From a virus, in IMG/VR virus record IMGVR_UViG_3300024983_000001, positions 1 to 64,000 of that record: DNA of 64,000 nucleotides; one strand, 5' to 3'. A program made the position numbers and the translations under genes. Below the pieces are notes generated by a model, which did not search any database, was not told where the DNA came from, and worked only from the letters and a program-made list of their open reading frames with translations. This document shows, one piece after another, positions 1 to 11,165 of the stretch. Numbering within the stretch: the stretch's first letter is position 1; each line of letters starts with the position of its first letter.

Positions 1-304
1 ATTCAAAACCGCTCCGGAGCTTGATATGATGTGGGCTGTTGAACACGTTGCTGATCGTCAGCAAGATATCGACCAAGGTCAAAGTTTTAATATTTTTATT
101 CGTCCAGATATCAGCGTCAAACGCTTACATGCAATTCATTTTGCTGCTTGGAAGAAGGGTGTTAAAACAATGTATTATGTTCGAACCGAGAAGTTGGTAA
201 ACACCGAAAAGGTTTCGCAGAAAGTTGCCCGTATGCGCATCGAAGACGATATCGACTTAACAGCAATTGTTAATGATGATGTTTGCATTGCGTGCGAAGG
301 TTAA
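1..304 (+). CDS. nrdA: Ribonucleotide reductase class Ia alpha subunit, C-terminal part (truncated by window start)
   Basis: RQQDIDQGQSFNIF, AWKKGVKTMYYVR and terminal CIACEG redox cysteine pair. Confidence 0.95.
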   Translation, partial: FKTAPELDMMWAVEHVADRQQDIDQGQSFNIFIRPDISVKRLHAIHFAAWKKGVKTMYYVRTEKLVNTEKVSQKVARMRIEDDIDLTAIVNDDVCIACEG

Positions 305-325
305 ATACGCCCACGGGTAGGTAAT

Positions 326-333
326 CATAAATA
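326..333 (+). promoter_or_regulatory. T4-like late promoter (CATAAATA) upstream of homing endonuclease
   Basis: ATAAATA core, then AGGAG RBS and ATG at 351. Confidence 0.6.
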
Positions 334-350
334 GATGCAGGAGAACTTTT

Positions 351-1061
351 ATGATTACCTACCTTTACGTAAAAACGCATAATATTACAGGACTAAAATA
401 CTTTGGAAAAACAACCCGAAATCCAAATACTTACCGTGGTTCCGGGAAGTATTGGTTGCGACATCTGCGCAAGCACGGAAATGATGTATCCACCGTTATT
501 ATTGGAGAGTATTTAAACTGCGATATGTTAACGGAAGCCGCTAAAGAATTTTCTGATGCTAATAACATCGTAGATTCTAAAGGGTGGGCAAATCTTATAA
601 TGGAGAACGGTTTAGATGGGGCGCCTCCTGGAAACATAGTGAAGGCTGAAACGAGAAAAAAGATTTCAAATGCGTTGATGGGTAGATCTTTACCAAAAAC
701 GATGTATAAAATGAACGAACCATCAAGTGTGCGTAGTACACGTGCCCGCAACGATCAACTTGGACGAATATGGATTACGGATGGATATAATGATTTAAAG
801 GTAAAAGGCACCGCTGATATTCCCGCCGGTTGGAAACGAGGGCGATCCAAAACGGAGAATTTAAAACCACCAAAGTCTAACACAAGCGGAAATAACACAA
901 GAAATAAAAAGATTTTTAATAACGGCGTAGTACACAAATATTTTTATCCTGAAGAAGTACCAGAAGGATTCGTACCGGGTAAAATGGACGGATACCAAGG
1001 TGGCACAGGAGCTAACAAAAAAGGAAAACATTATGGTAAAGAAAAAACTGCGGCTGACTGA
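351..1061 (+). mobile_element. Free-standing GIY-YIG-type homing endonuclease with NUMOD3-like segment
   Basis: YLYVKTHNITGLKYFGKT...Y.GSG.YW N-terminus, ETRKKISNAL motif; sits between nrdA and nrdB and overlaps the nrdB start. Confidence 0.8.
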
Positions 1062-2028
1062 TAAACGGGATACGTTTAAGCCGTTCCAACATCCATGGGC
1101 ATATAAATTGTGGCTGGAACACGAGCAGATTCACTGGATTCACTCAATCGTTCCGATGCAGCAAGATGTGCGGGACTGGAAAAAGCGTCTTAACCCAGAT
1201 CAAAAGAACTTCCTTACTCAAATTCTTCGTTTGTTCACACAAGGCGACATCGACGTTGCTGGAGCATATATTGACAACTATCTGCCAGTATTTCCACAAC
1301 CCGAGGTACGCATGATGTTGTTGGGTTTCGCTGCCCGTGAAGCGGTGCATATTGCCGCTTATTCACATCTTATGGAAACGCTGGGTTTTCCTGATTCTGT
1401 GTATGACGAATTCATGAAATATAAGGAAATGGCAGACAAACACGAATTTTTTAAAGAAATTTCGGGTACTGACCACAACCATATTGTTCAACAGATGTGT
1501 GCCGTATCGGCCTTTACTGAAGGATTACAATTATTCAGTTCATTTGTTATGTTGCTCAATTTTGGTCGCAACAATTTGATGCCTGGTATGACCAAGATCG
1601 TTACGTGGTCAATCATTGACGAAGGTAAACACGTTGAAGGAATGACAAAATTATTCCGCGAGTTTATTAAGGAAAATCGTGATATATGGACCGATGAACT
1701 AAAATCTCAATTGTACACCATTGCAGAGAAAATGGTAGAATTAGAAGATGGATTCATTAACCTTGCGTACGGTGTGATGGACGGTTCTGAATTTAAACAA
1801 CCACTACTCAAAGAAGACATGCATACCTATATTCGATACATTGCTGACCGCCGATTGATTGGTTTAGGGTTGAAAGGTATTTTTAAACAGAAAAAGAACC
1901 CTCTTCCTTGGGTTGATGAAATGTTGGTACTCCCAAGCCACTCGAACTTTTTCGAGCAAGAAGAAAGCTCGTACTCGAAGGGTGCTCTTACAGGCGATTG
2001 GGATGATGTTTGGGGTGCTGTTGAATAA
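1033..2028 (+). CDS. nrdB: Ribonucleotide reductase class Ia beta subunit
   Basis: FTQGD, REAVHIAAY, FTEGLQLFSSF, DEGKH, NFFE diiron/radical motifs; ATG 1033 follows AAGGA. Confidence 0.95.
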   Translation: MVKKKLRLTDKRDTFKPFQHPWAYKLWLEHEQIHWIHSIVPMQQDVRDWKKRLNPDQKNFLTQILRLFTQGDIDVAGAYIDNYLPVFPQPEVRMMLLGFAAREAVHIAAYSHLMETLGFPDSVYDEFMKYKEMADKHEFFKEISGTDHNHIVQQMCAVSAFTEGLQLFSSFVMLLNFGRNNLMPGMTKIVTWSIIDEGKHVEGMTKLFREFIKENRDIWTDELKSQLYTIAEKMVELEDGFINLAYGVMDGSEFKQPLLKEDMHTYIRYIADRRLIGLGLKGIFKQKKNPLPWVDEMLVLPSHSNFFEQEESSYSKGALTGDWDDVWGAVE

Positions 2029-2083
2029 GGCTTGATATTTGGTTAAAATGGGGCTATAATGGCCCCATTATTATTTTCAGGAA

Positions 2084-2626
2084 ATGAATATGGCGCATAG
2101 AAATATTATCACTGGGTCGTTTGATCCACCAACGCACGGACATCTATCTATTATCAATCGTGCCCAAAAACTTCTTGGTGAAGTAACTGTTGTTGTTTGT
2201 AGCAACCTTGATAAAAAACATATGTTCGACCATCACGATCGTCTTGATATGGTTGTGCAAATGGTCAAAGACATGCCAAACGTTCGCGTGATGGGCCTCG
2301 GAGAAGGGCATTTAATTTCATCATTTATCAAAAGACACAAGTCCAAAACTATGATTCGTGGAGTGCGCAACGGTCTGGATTTGGAATATGAACGATCCGT
2401 CGAGCAGTTCGTTAAGGGGTATGGTATTGACGAAGTTTTGTATTTGTTAAACGAGCCTGAACTATCAATCATCAGTTCGTCACTAGCTCGAAACCATTTG
2501 TTGGCGATGAAGGATGATCGAAAGTTTGATATGTTAATTTATCGTCACCTACCCAGGTGTGTGGTGCAGTTAATCGCGCGATCACCATTCGCAGATGAGT
2601 TTTGTAATGCTGCCGATTTCAGTTAA
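2084..2626 (+). CDS. coaD: Phosphopantetheine adenylyltransferase-like HxGH nucleotidyltransferase
   Basis: GSFDPPTHGHL, IRGVRNGLDLEYE, IISSSLAR. Confidence 0.75.
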   Translation: MNMAHRNIITGSFDPPTHGHLSIINRAQKLLGEVTVVVCSNLDKKHMFDHHDRLDMVVQMVKDMPNVRVMGLGEGHLISSFIKRHKSKTMIRGVRNGLDLEYERSVEQFVKGYGIDEVLYLLNEPELSIISSSLARNHLLAMKDDRKFDMLIYRHLPRCVVQLIARSPFADEFCNAADFS

Positions 2627-2628
2627 AT

Positions 2629-2653
2629 AAAAAGGGCGTTTAACGCCCTTTTT
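2629..2653. terminator. Bidirectional intrinsic terminator
   Basis: AAAAAGGGCGTT-T-AACGCCCTTTTT inverted repeat between convergent genes. Confidence 0.8.
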
Positions 2654-2654
2654 A

Positions 2655-4081
2655 TTACATATAGTCATCATCAAATCGTTGTTTGTGTTGCATGTGTTGA
2701 AAACTATTAACAATTTCTTCGTCGACGACTGACTGGGCCCACATCATGAGTGTGTCAAACCTTTTTTCACTAATAACATCAAAAACAGTACCGTCTTTGT
2801 TAAGTTCGATGCCATGCGTTGATAAAACTTCTTCCGTGTCCATTTCCTTGACTTCATTCATAAGTCGTGTGACTTCGAACATTATGGAAGAATGGTAATG
2901 CTTGCTCATTTCTGTTGCTCCTTTGCGTTGTTAAAAATGTTGAATGCTTCTTTCTGGTCGCTTATCCATTTTTGGTCGTATATGTAACCAAATACTTGAC
3001 CAAACGAATTGAGTGATGTGGTCATGCATACAGCAAGAATGCCTCCCAATATAGTCAAAACCAACAAGATGGTGTCCAAAACTAATTGAAAGGGGGATAT
3101 AATCATTGCTGATATGTGCAGTTTTATGCTGGATGGGGTTTGATTGTCGAGAGAAAGTTGCCGCCTGGCAGCCAACAACACATATCTGTATCTGTGAAGC
3201 AGAATCAAAAACAGAAGCGTTGTGGCAGCGACTATCACCGAAGTTTATTTGAAATAATGCAAGTAAGCTACAACACCACCCAACATACAGGCAGTACACA
3301 AAATATTAATAGCAACTATTTGTGCTACACGCTTGACGATGGTGTTGGCTTGATTCAAAATGAACGCATTTTGTGCAACAAAGGCAAATTTAATTGCTTC
3401 GTTTTGTGCTTCTGGTGTTACAATATCGTCACTAAAAGATTTCATAATTTTACCTACTAAATTCCCAAACGTCATTTTCTCGCGCATTTGGTCTATTTGC
3501 AAATGGTGAGGTAGCAGTTTTGTCTTTATTTATAATCGAAAACTGGTCAACATACAAGTTGTACAGAAAAAGAATATCACTCTTCACGGAAGGATCAAAC
3601 CCTTGCCGCGTAGGACGATTTGGGTCGGTATTAACGACCAAACTTTCGAGATATACCGTGACTTCAGGGTATCCCCAGATGTACTTTAGCTTTTCAACGA
3701 TGTGTGCAAACCGCTCAATCGGAGCAGCCTCTGTCCCATCCGACTTAATTTCGGTGGTTTCTTGCACTTTGTAGTTTGAAAGTGTCCATTTTGGATCATC
3801 CGCTAATCCAAAATCAAAATCGTTAATCATGATTTTCCTTATACAGTCTTAATAAACGTTCTCAAAAAGTCAAAAGCCTCTTTGAGTTCGGCTTTATGCT
3901 CAATTGTTGCTGACAAATCATCAATCTTTTTCAAATCCAACAAATCGTTGGAAAGCTCTTCATATTCGTCAGGAGTAATTGTACCTGCTTTTAATTCATT
4001 TTGCAACCGTTCAGCATACACCGCTGTTTCGAAAACATCTTTGTTCTTACTGTTGAGTAAATCTTGAATAGTAGTAAACAT
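2655..4081 (-). CDS. Run of small hypothetical genes (2655-2909, 2906-3238, 3245-3502, 3450-3830, 3839-4081)
   Basis: Abutting or overlapping minus-strand ORFs; two are hydrophobic. Confidence 0.6.
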
Positions 4082-4082
4082 G

Positions 4083-4472
4083 TCAATTGGTCCTCTTTGT
4101 TAATACGGCTTCCATTGCGCGTTCTGCGCCCTGTTTAATGATTTCTGTTTTTGCCTTACAGTATTCATCTGACATACCTTTTTGGCTTCGTTCATCCAGT
4201 TCAACAGCCTGGTCATGTAAAATTGAGGCAATTTTATGTGATTCTTCGTTATACGGAATGTGTTTTGTGTAGATTTCTAAAAACTCTGTTTCGTTGCGGA
4301 GTTGTTTGATATACGAACCAACAGCATCCGTACCACATTGTTCTTTTGCGTGAGTTGCAACCAAATCAACAACAACATACCGTTCGTACTCGTTGGTATC
4401 TTTAACAGCACCAAACGGCGCACAACCAACAAGAACACCTGCTACAATAATGGCAATAATAGTACTTTTCAT
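4083..4472 (-). CDS. Lipoprotein
   Basis: MKSTIIAIIVAGVLVGC signal peptide with lipobox. Confidence 0.7.
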   Translation of the reverse strand: MKSTIIAIIVAGVLVGCAPFGAVKDTNEYERYVVVDLVATHAKEQCGTDAVGSYIKQLRNETEFLEIYTKHIPYNEESHKIASILHDQAVELDERSQKGMSDEYCKAKTEIIKQGAERAMEAVLTKRTN

Positions 4473-4754
4473 AAGTTCTCCTTTTCGTCTTCATCAGAAC
4501 TCATAAACCAGTACTCTCCACCCGTACCCTCGAGCTCCATTTTGTCCCATTCCTCACATTGTTTGTGATAATCAATCATTGCATCTGTGCCAAATTCTTC
4601 GATTAAAATGCGATTAATCATAAACTTTTGTGGAAGTTTATTTAACGATGCTGTTGTCACTTCTTCATTAATAGACCTGTATTTACTACGAAGAGTACGG
4701 ACGTCTATCATTGATAGAATATAACCACGTTGGGTAATGGTTCTGTACGAGACT

Positions 4755-6107
4755 TCATTTTCCATATTTTTTCAAAACCTCTTTTAACTCGGAGATGTAT
4801 ATTTTAGTACGCCTTTCGGATGAAGACAAGATGTCGAGATATTCTTTCTTTTTTTCCGCTGCTTCCACAAGTTTGGTTTCTACTTTAATGCGCTCATCAT
4901 CTGTAAACCTGTATACGGGTAAATTGGCGATGTAATCAGTGTTAACAATTTCAACAGCCTCCAAAAACTCAATCAACTCCCCACGCGATTTCGTTTTCTT
5001 TGCAACCCCACCCACATTTGATGCGATTGCCTTAATAATATCACGATAACGTTGCATTTCTTCTTCAAGCAAACGCAGAAGCCGCTCGTAACGGTTAACA
5101 TAATAACCAAGCCGCCACGAAGTAAAATTCTTGATAACATCAGGAAAGTTGGTATTTAAAATGGATGTGCCATCAAAATCCAACAAGTTCATGATTTCGG
5201 ATTCGGTATTAGTCAAACCAAGCAATTTTAGCATGTCCTGTTCCGACATGTTATCAACGCTGCCTCGCCCCAACCGAACGACAATATTGATCGCATCTTT
5301 TGAGAAGTCGTCAAAGCTTGCAATATGGTATTGTTCTTCTAGTTTCGATAGATGATCGGTAAACTTGGAATGAGTTACACCGTATGGTAGTTTTGTGATA
5401 CGAACACTTGAGCCATTAATACGTTCATAAGTACCATTAAAAACAAAACGCATGTTTCCTGATTTGGGATCTTCGTATTTGAGGTGTGACACCGAATTTG
5501 TAGGGTTAAAACGAGGTAATTTATCCTCAACAATCGCCTTTTCTCTTTTTTCCAAAAACTTGATTTGTTCTGTTACAATATCACCCAAATCCCGTGGCAA
5601 AATATTACACGAGAAACCACCTGCGATACCAAAAGTGGGGTTTAAAAGAGCAATTGGAATCAATGGCAAGAAATGTTTAGGTTCTTCTAACGTATCATCA
5701 TAGTTGGATTGCATTGGAATGATTTCGATGTCTTTAAACACGACATCCTTCGTGAAATCGGAGACCTTAACGGAAGTATAACGTGACGCACCATAACTGT
5801 TTGGTAAAACCATTGTTCCAAATGCGCCAATGCCCGTAAATAATGGAATGTTGTTTCCAAAAGGTGCCGCTAACGTGTTAATTGCATCATCGGGTGATGC
5901 ATGGGGGTGAATAGGCATCGTGGCACCTGCCAGGGTTGCCGTTTTATACTTTTCTCCGTTTCTACCCGTCCACAAAACCCGGCGGCCTGACGGTTTCAAC
6001 CCATCGGTAATCGCCGGAATAGCTCGGGATGAAATGGTGTATAAAAAGAATTCTCTGCGTTGGTCTTCGATGTAATCGGACCCAACTGCCTTTACCGCTG
6101 CACTCAT
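4755..6107 (-). CDS. Type II DNA topoisomerase, cleavage subunit (GyrA/T4 gp52-like)
   Basis: RAIPAITDGLKPSGRR, catalytic ASRY, EPKHFLPLIP. Confidence 0.92.
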   Translation of the reverse strand: MSAAVKAVGSDYIEDQRREFFLYTISSRAIPAITDGLKPSGRRVLWTGRNGEKYKTATLAGATMPIHPHASPDDAINTLAAPFGNNIPLFTGIGAFGTMVLPNSYGASRYTSVKVSDFTKDVVFKDIEIIPMQSNYDDTLEEPKHFLPLIPIALLNPTFGIAGGFSCNILPRDLGDIVTEQIKFLEKREKAIVEDKLPRFNPTNSVSHLKYEDPKSGNMRFVFNGTYERINGSSVRITKLPYGVTHSKFTDHLSKLEEQYHIASFDDFSKDAINIVVRLGRGSVDNMSEQDMLKLLGLTNTESEIMNLLDFDGTSILNTNFPDVIKNFTSWRLGYYVNRYERLLRLLEEEMQRYRDIIKAIASNVGGVAKKTKSRGELIEFLEAVEIVNTDYIANLPVYRFTDDERIKVETKLVEAAEKKKEYLDILSSSERRTKIYISELKEVLKKYGK

Positions 6108-6739
6108 TCAGATTCCTTGTTCAATACTTCGTTTAAAATGTCCACAAAGTTTCGTGGTCTATAATCCGTATTTTCTACACACACGTTAATGTGTAGTGGA
6201 TTGTTAGTCTTGTGCACATGAGTGTGACCATGAATATGGTAATAACCACTCGGAACGTTATTCCAAGGGTGATGACTGATAATAAAATTTTGTAAGGAAA
6301 TTATACTATGCATTTCATCAAAATCCAACCGTCGAGGAACACTACGATCGAAATCATGATTCCCCATAATAAGAATCTTGTATCCGGGTAGATTGCGTAG
6401 AATATCATTCATAAACGTATCGCCCATGAATGTAACATCACCAACCCAAATAACAACATCATCTTCATTTTTAATTGTATCAAGATAGTTAGCAATCAAC
6501 TTATCTTCCATATCCTGACAATCCACAAACGGACGATTGCAGTATTTGATAATGTTTTTGTGGTTAAAGTGTTGGTCCGACCAAAACCACAGCTTTTCCA
6601 TTGGAACCGATCCGAGATCAAGTTGTTGGCTTTTTATTACAGGCTTAAATTCCGCCCACGGTTTAATGCGTTTAACTCTTGGACCCCACTCGGGATCCAC
6701 GTAAGAAAGCTCGTCAATTAATAGTTGGTGTAGATTCAT
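6104..6739 (-). CDS. Calcineurin-like metallophosphoesterase
   Basis: SDQHFNH, VGD, GNHD, SHHP, IHGHTH motifs. Confidence 0.88.
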   Translation of the reverse strand: MNLHQLLIDELSYVDPEWGPRVKRIKPWAEFKPVIKSQQLDLGSVPMEKLWFWSDQHFNHKNIIKYCNRPFVDCQDMEDKLIANYLDTIKNEDDVVIWVGDVTFMGDTFMNDILRNLPGYKILIMGNHDFDRSVPRRLDFDEMHSIISLQNFIISHHPWNNVPSGYYHIHGHTHVHKTNNPLHINVCVENTDYRPRNFVDILNEVLNKESE

Positions 6740-8659
6740 GTTTTGTATCCATTTTGGTGGCAAGTTCGTTGAGGATTTCATCAACAGCCAGAGACAATGC
6801 GCCGACGTGAGCCATCAATAAGTTGAGATTGAGAGGGTTACCCTTAATTGTTGTAAATGATGCACTAATACTTTTTGCCATATCACGAAATCGTGCGGCT
6901 TTCTCATCAGGCGTAAGTTCTTTTTCTGTTGTCATGGAATTACTCGCTTGTAGATAACTATTGCAACTAGACCAAATGCCACAGCACAGATACTAGCAGG
7001 TGAGATTATACTCGCATTATTTGCGTACCAGTTATATGCTGCAATCGTTACAAATATTGCAGGAATAACAGCAAGTTGTCCTGCAAATTTTATTTTTTCC
7101 TTGGTGGCTATTTTTTCTTTGGGTCCCCAATACATATTTACTCTCCCGTTTTGTGACGTTCCCGCCAAGTGCCAATAAATCCAAGATTTTTGCCACACTG
7201 GCTACAAACTGCATCACAAGCTCTCGTTTCGTGCACGTTATCGTGTTTGCATCGCGCTTGTTTAAACCACTGCTTTAGGGATCCAATTAGCACAACAAGA
7301 ACAATTAAACCAATCGCCAACAAACTAATAACATCACCAAACGTCCACACAAAAACAAAATGCATGATTATTCCCTTGCAGTATTAATTGATTTCAGTTT
7401 TGGATCAAGTTTCCATGAAGAACAACCCGCATCCAGGAAAACGGCTTTTGAACCATCAGTACAGTAACAAAGACTTGTTCGTGGATGACAAGCTCTAAAG
7501 TTTTCGCAAACCAAACAACTTTTTTTGGCAGTTTGGTTCTTTATAAGCTGTTCACTATCTTTTGGGTTGTGTTTAGACACTCTGTCGGGAATGAGCGGCA
7601 TTATTGGTCCACCTTTTTCTCGATTGTAATCGTGAAGCATGTTTTTTCTTTAATACCCTTATACCAAAGGGCAAGCACGCTCGGTTCGTGTTGCTTGCAA
7701 TCTTCTGTTGTTTTGTCTCGGTTCACATAATCCCGAATGATCGGTACAAATTTCTCTTTGCACACGATGAAGAACGCAGTGCCACCAATGAGACAAATTG
7801 CCCCAATGAAAAGTCCAGCGGGTTCGTTGGGGCGAATCCAATCGTGTAGTGTAATAGATGCAGCTACCCACGCCATAAAATCACCAACAAATAATGACAC
7901 AACTGCAAGCGCAATCAAGATAAGTAAAACATTTTTAACGCCAACCAGTACAGCTCTAGCATAAGAACAAACGTCTGTTTTTATGTCTTCGGATTTATTC
8001 CAATCATCAATGGGACCATAATATGAAGCCAGGCGCCAGCTTAACGAGTCACGTTTCATTGTTGTTTCTCCTGTTTTTCGATTATGCCATTTACTAGTAA
8101 AAATCCAAGCTTGTTCAACTGCTGACACAATGCGGCTCGTTCAGTATCTCGTGAAGTTACTGCTCTCGTCATCATGGCAAGGCGTTCTGACAATAACCGA
8201 TTTTCCAACTTCAACTCTGCCAATTGTTTGTACACGATATTTTCATTTTCCACAACAATCCCCTTTGTTTTTATAAAGGACTGCTTGTGAGGGATACGTC
8301 ATGCCCTCATCAGCGAGCAGTATTACATACTTACCTTCAACATTATACACAACATACATATAGTGTTCGTCCGAGCGTGTTTTTCCGTGCCGTTCGTTGT
8401 AACCTTCGGGTTGAAATTTGACGAATGTCCCCACAACGGAAATGTTTTCGGGGTGGTAGGGTGTGTAGGATATTTTCCACCCAAGTCCCATTATGGTGGT
8501 TATTATAACGGTTGAAACGATCGCCGTGGTTGAACTACAATTTTTATTGAGATAATCCAAAATTACAAACACCAAAGCAACAATTGCCATGGCGAGAAAC
8601 ACGTAAAATATGGTATGATCGTTGGATGTATCCACCACAGGTTGAAAAGTATAATGCAT
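6714..8659 (-). CDS. Cluster of small hypothetical/membrane genes (6714-6935, 7138-7365, 7368-7640, 7601-8128, 8056-8253, 8243-8659)
   Basis: Tightly packed minus-strand ORFs, several with TM segments or CxxC. Confidence 0.55.
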
Positions 8660-8692
8660 TGTATTTACTCACATGGTTGTTAAGATAGAATC

Positions 8693-8720
8693 ATTATACC
8701 CAATATAAACAAAATGTCAA
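8693..8720 (-). promoter_or_regulatory. Sigma70-type early promoter
   Basis: TTGACA-16 nt-TATAAT on minus strand. Confidence 0.65.
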
Positions 8721-8948
8721 CAATCGTGAATGATAATCTCTGGAACTAATATAACCGATGCTATTAACTTGTAGTGTTTTTTCCAATGCTCGAGTCCATG
8801 GTCTCGTATTGCATGATATCGGTCAGATTTTGGGTCGAGCATGATGTGCATCTTATGCTCACCCTTCCTCAATACATAATCAAGAACGATATCGTAGTTT
8901 GTATTGCCGCCATCAGTATGCCAACCATTTTCGCCCATAATGTATACC

Positions 8949-9491
8949 TCACCCTTGTGACATGATGTTAAATGGACCACAAACGCCAGCACTGAATTCC
9001 TCTGCACCTTCGAGGGCGGTCAGGACAATTTCTTTAGGTGAAAGATGGGCTTGTTTGTGTAAACCATGCATAACACCCAGAGCCAAATCCTTCCCACATC
9101 CCACAGCATCGTACGGAACACGATTCCATCCCAGCTGAAAATCACTCTCTACAACAAAAATACGACCTCTTGTTGCCACAAGAAATGTGCCACACGATTC
9201 TTCACCATTGTCGGTTTTCAAAATACCATTATCTTTAAAGACAGCACGTACTTCATCAATAAACGTTGTGCTCATATGTCGTTCGATATCGTCATCAGGA
9301 CATGACGAAGGTTTTAGTTTGTAATGAAGTAACTGCCCCATCCTAAAACTGGATGTAAACCCAATCATGTAGTCACCATTAATGAATACTTTGGGGTCAC
9401 CACGAGCTGATATCGAATACCCGGCGACGCCGGCACTATCCCCACCCATCCAAACCTTACCATCTCTTTCATATGCTACAATACACGTCAT
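8949..9491 (-). CDS. HslV/proteasome-beta-like Ntn threonine peptidase
   Basis: Thr follows Met (MTCIVA...GGDS), DPKVF, AVGCG..ALG, A.EFSAGVCGP. Confidence 0.7.
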   Translation of the reverse strand: MTCIVAYERDGKVWMGGDSAGVAGYSISARGDPKVFINGDYMIGFTSSFRMGQLLHYKLKPSSCPDDDIERHMSTTFIDEVRAVFKDNGILKTDNGEESCGTFLVATRGRIFVVESDFQLGWNRVPYDAVGCGKDLALGVMHGLHKQAHLSPKEIVLTALEGAEEFSAGVCGPFNIMSQG

Positions 9492-10207
9492 ATTTAAATT
9501 CCTTCTGTTTGTATTCTTATGTCACCAAAATCTCTTTTACACTTTTCCGCAAGAAGTTTTAACGCTTCTTCACAGGAACGTTCATTTGCAATAACTATTA
9601 CTTCACTTTCTTCTGTTATATCAGATTTTGGACAACCGTACATAACAATGTCCCCACCTAATGATTCCATCGAAACGACAATGTCATTCTTTACAAAGTA
9701 CTCACAATCATCAGGATATACGTTCGTGATATGGGTTTCATCCATATAACCGTATGGAAGTCTATAAATTCTAACTGGTAGGCTGCACTTCATTATTAAT
9801 TCACCAACGGCGATCAAATCAATCAACCGTGACTTGTGTTCGATGAGTATTTGTGAAATAAACTGTATCGGTTTCATATATTTCATGGAGATATCGAGCG
9901 GCAAAGTACTTATAGCACTCCATCGCCACTTGATTCATCCAAAGCACAGGTGTGCTATCAGGAATATTATGCTTTTCCATGAACGAACAAGTTGTATTTC
10001 GAAGCTGACATTCGCCAATCATACCATCCTTTTCAAATTGCTCATAATCGTTGATGATTGTGATCTTGGTTTGATCTAATAGCGTACTAACGTATTCAGC
10101 AACAATGTTCATTTCATTTCTCCAAAATCTATTATGGGCATATTAATAATTGTCTAACAGATTTGATTATTTGGCAAGGTTACATCAAAACACGATTCCC
10201 ATTTTTT

Positions 10208-11101
10208 CTAACCGTGACGTCTCTGTGTCAACCACTGCTCCACCGCTGTTATAACTTCAGCAATATTAATGCCTCTTTGTCCCATACCATTACCGTATCG
10301 TGACCAGTCTATACTTTGTATAGCTTTCAGTACGCGATTCTTATCTTTAGTAATCGTGATAAACAACCACCCCCCTGTAGTTAGTTTTTTCCATCCAGTC
10401 GTAGCAATTGTTCCAGCACTCGCCCCGGTTCGCCGAATTGCAATATCAGGAGTTGATAACAACGCTCTCCCTTTGTTTTGGGCAATAACAAAATACTGCG
10501 ACGATGTCACTCTGGTGAGGATTTTTCGCTGATTGTTCTGTTGTCTCACCCATATTTGAGCAACAGACGGCACGTCCCACACTTTGTTGTTATTATCAGG
10601 CAGATAAAATGAATTCGGAGGGATGTCTTTTTGCGCTAGTAAGACAAAAGAGTTGTTCAACCGGCGTGTGATACCATTATTTTGTTTACCCCATGTTTTG
10701 GGAACTACTATTGATAAAATATCAGCAAACTGGGCCGCGTGATTGAAAAACTTGACGGCCATATTCGAATTGGTTCCATAAGGCACATTCATCAACATCA
10801 ACAAGTCAGGCTCATGCTCTTGATTGTGTGCCATGAAATCCCGTTGCTTAACATCAATTCCGTGTTGGTTGGGTTCTGGATTTAGATCGAACGCGGCTGC
10901 ACCCGGAAAATGACAAGTCATTTCGCCACTCCCTGCACACGGGTCTTCGACACGATTGTAGATTATGTTTTTGTTTTTCAGTGTATGTTTAATCCACGAT
11001 GATAATTCGGCTGATATATTACTTAACATAAAATATCGATCGTCACGTGCACCCGTACTTTTTCTAAATGGCACGGCACGGGTAATTTCACTCGATTTCA
11101 T
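10208..11101 (-). CDS. SAM-dependent DNA amino-methyltransferase
   Basis: Motif I EDPCAGSG, DF, motif IV variant NVPY. Confidence 0.75.
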   Translation of the reverse strand: MKSSEITRAVPFRKSTGARDDRYFMLSNISAELSSWIKHTLKNKNIIYNRVEDPCAGSGEMTCHFPGAAAFDLNPEPNQHGIDVKQRDFMAHNQEHEPDLLMLMNVPYGTNSNMAVKFFNHAAQFADILSIVVPKTWGKQNNGITRRLNNSFVLLAQKDIPPNSFYLPDNNNKVWDVPSVAQIWVRQQNNQRKILTRVTSSQYFVIAQNKGRALLSTPDIAIRRTGASAGTIATTGWKKLTTGGWLFITITKDKNRVLKAIQSIDWSRYGNGMGQRGINIAEVITAVEQWLTQRRHG

Positions 11102-11131
11102 TTATAGCACTCCGATTGAATAGAGCGTGAT

Positions 11132-11159
11132 ATTATACCCACATTAATTCAAATGTCAA
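11132..11159 (-). promoter_or_regulatory. Sigma70-type early promoter for the methyltransferase
   Basis: TTGACA-16 nt-TATAAT; same GGG-TATAAT context as the promoter at 8693. Confidence 0.65.
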
Positions 11160-11165
11160 CAATCA

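Noticed and set aside
305-1061. Group I intron in nrdA/nrdB
   Set aside because: nrdA ends normally at CIACEG and nrdB is uninterrupted; the endonuclease is free-standing
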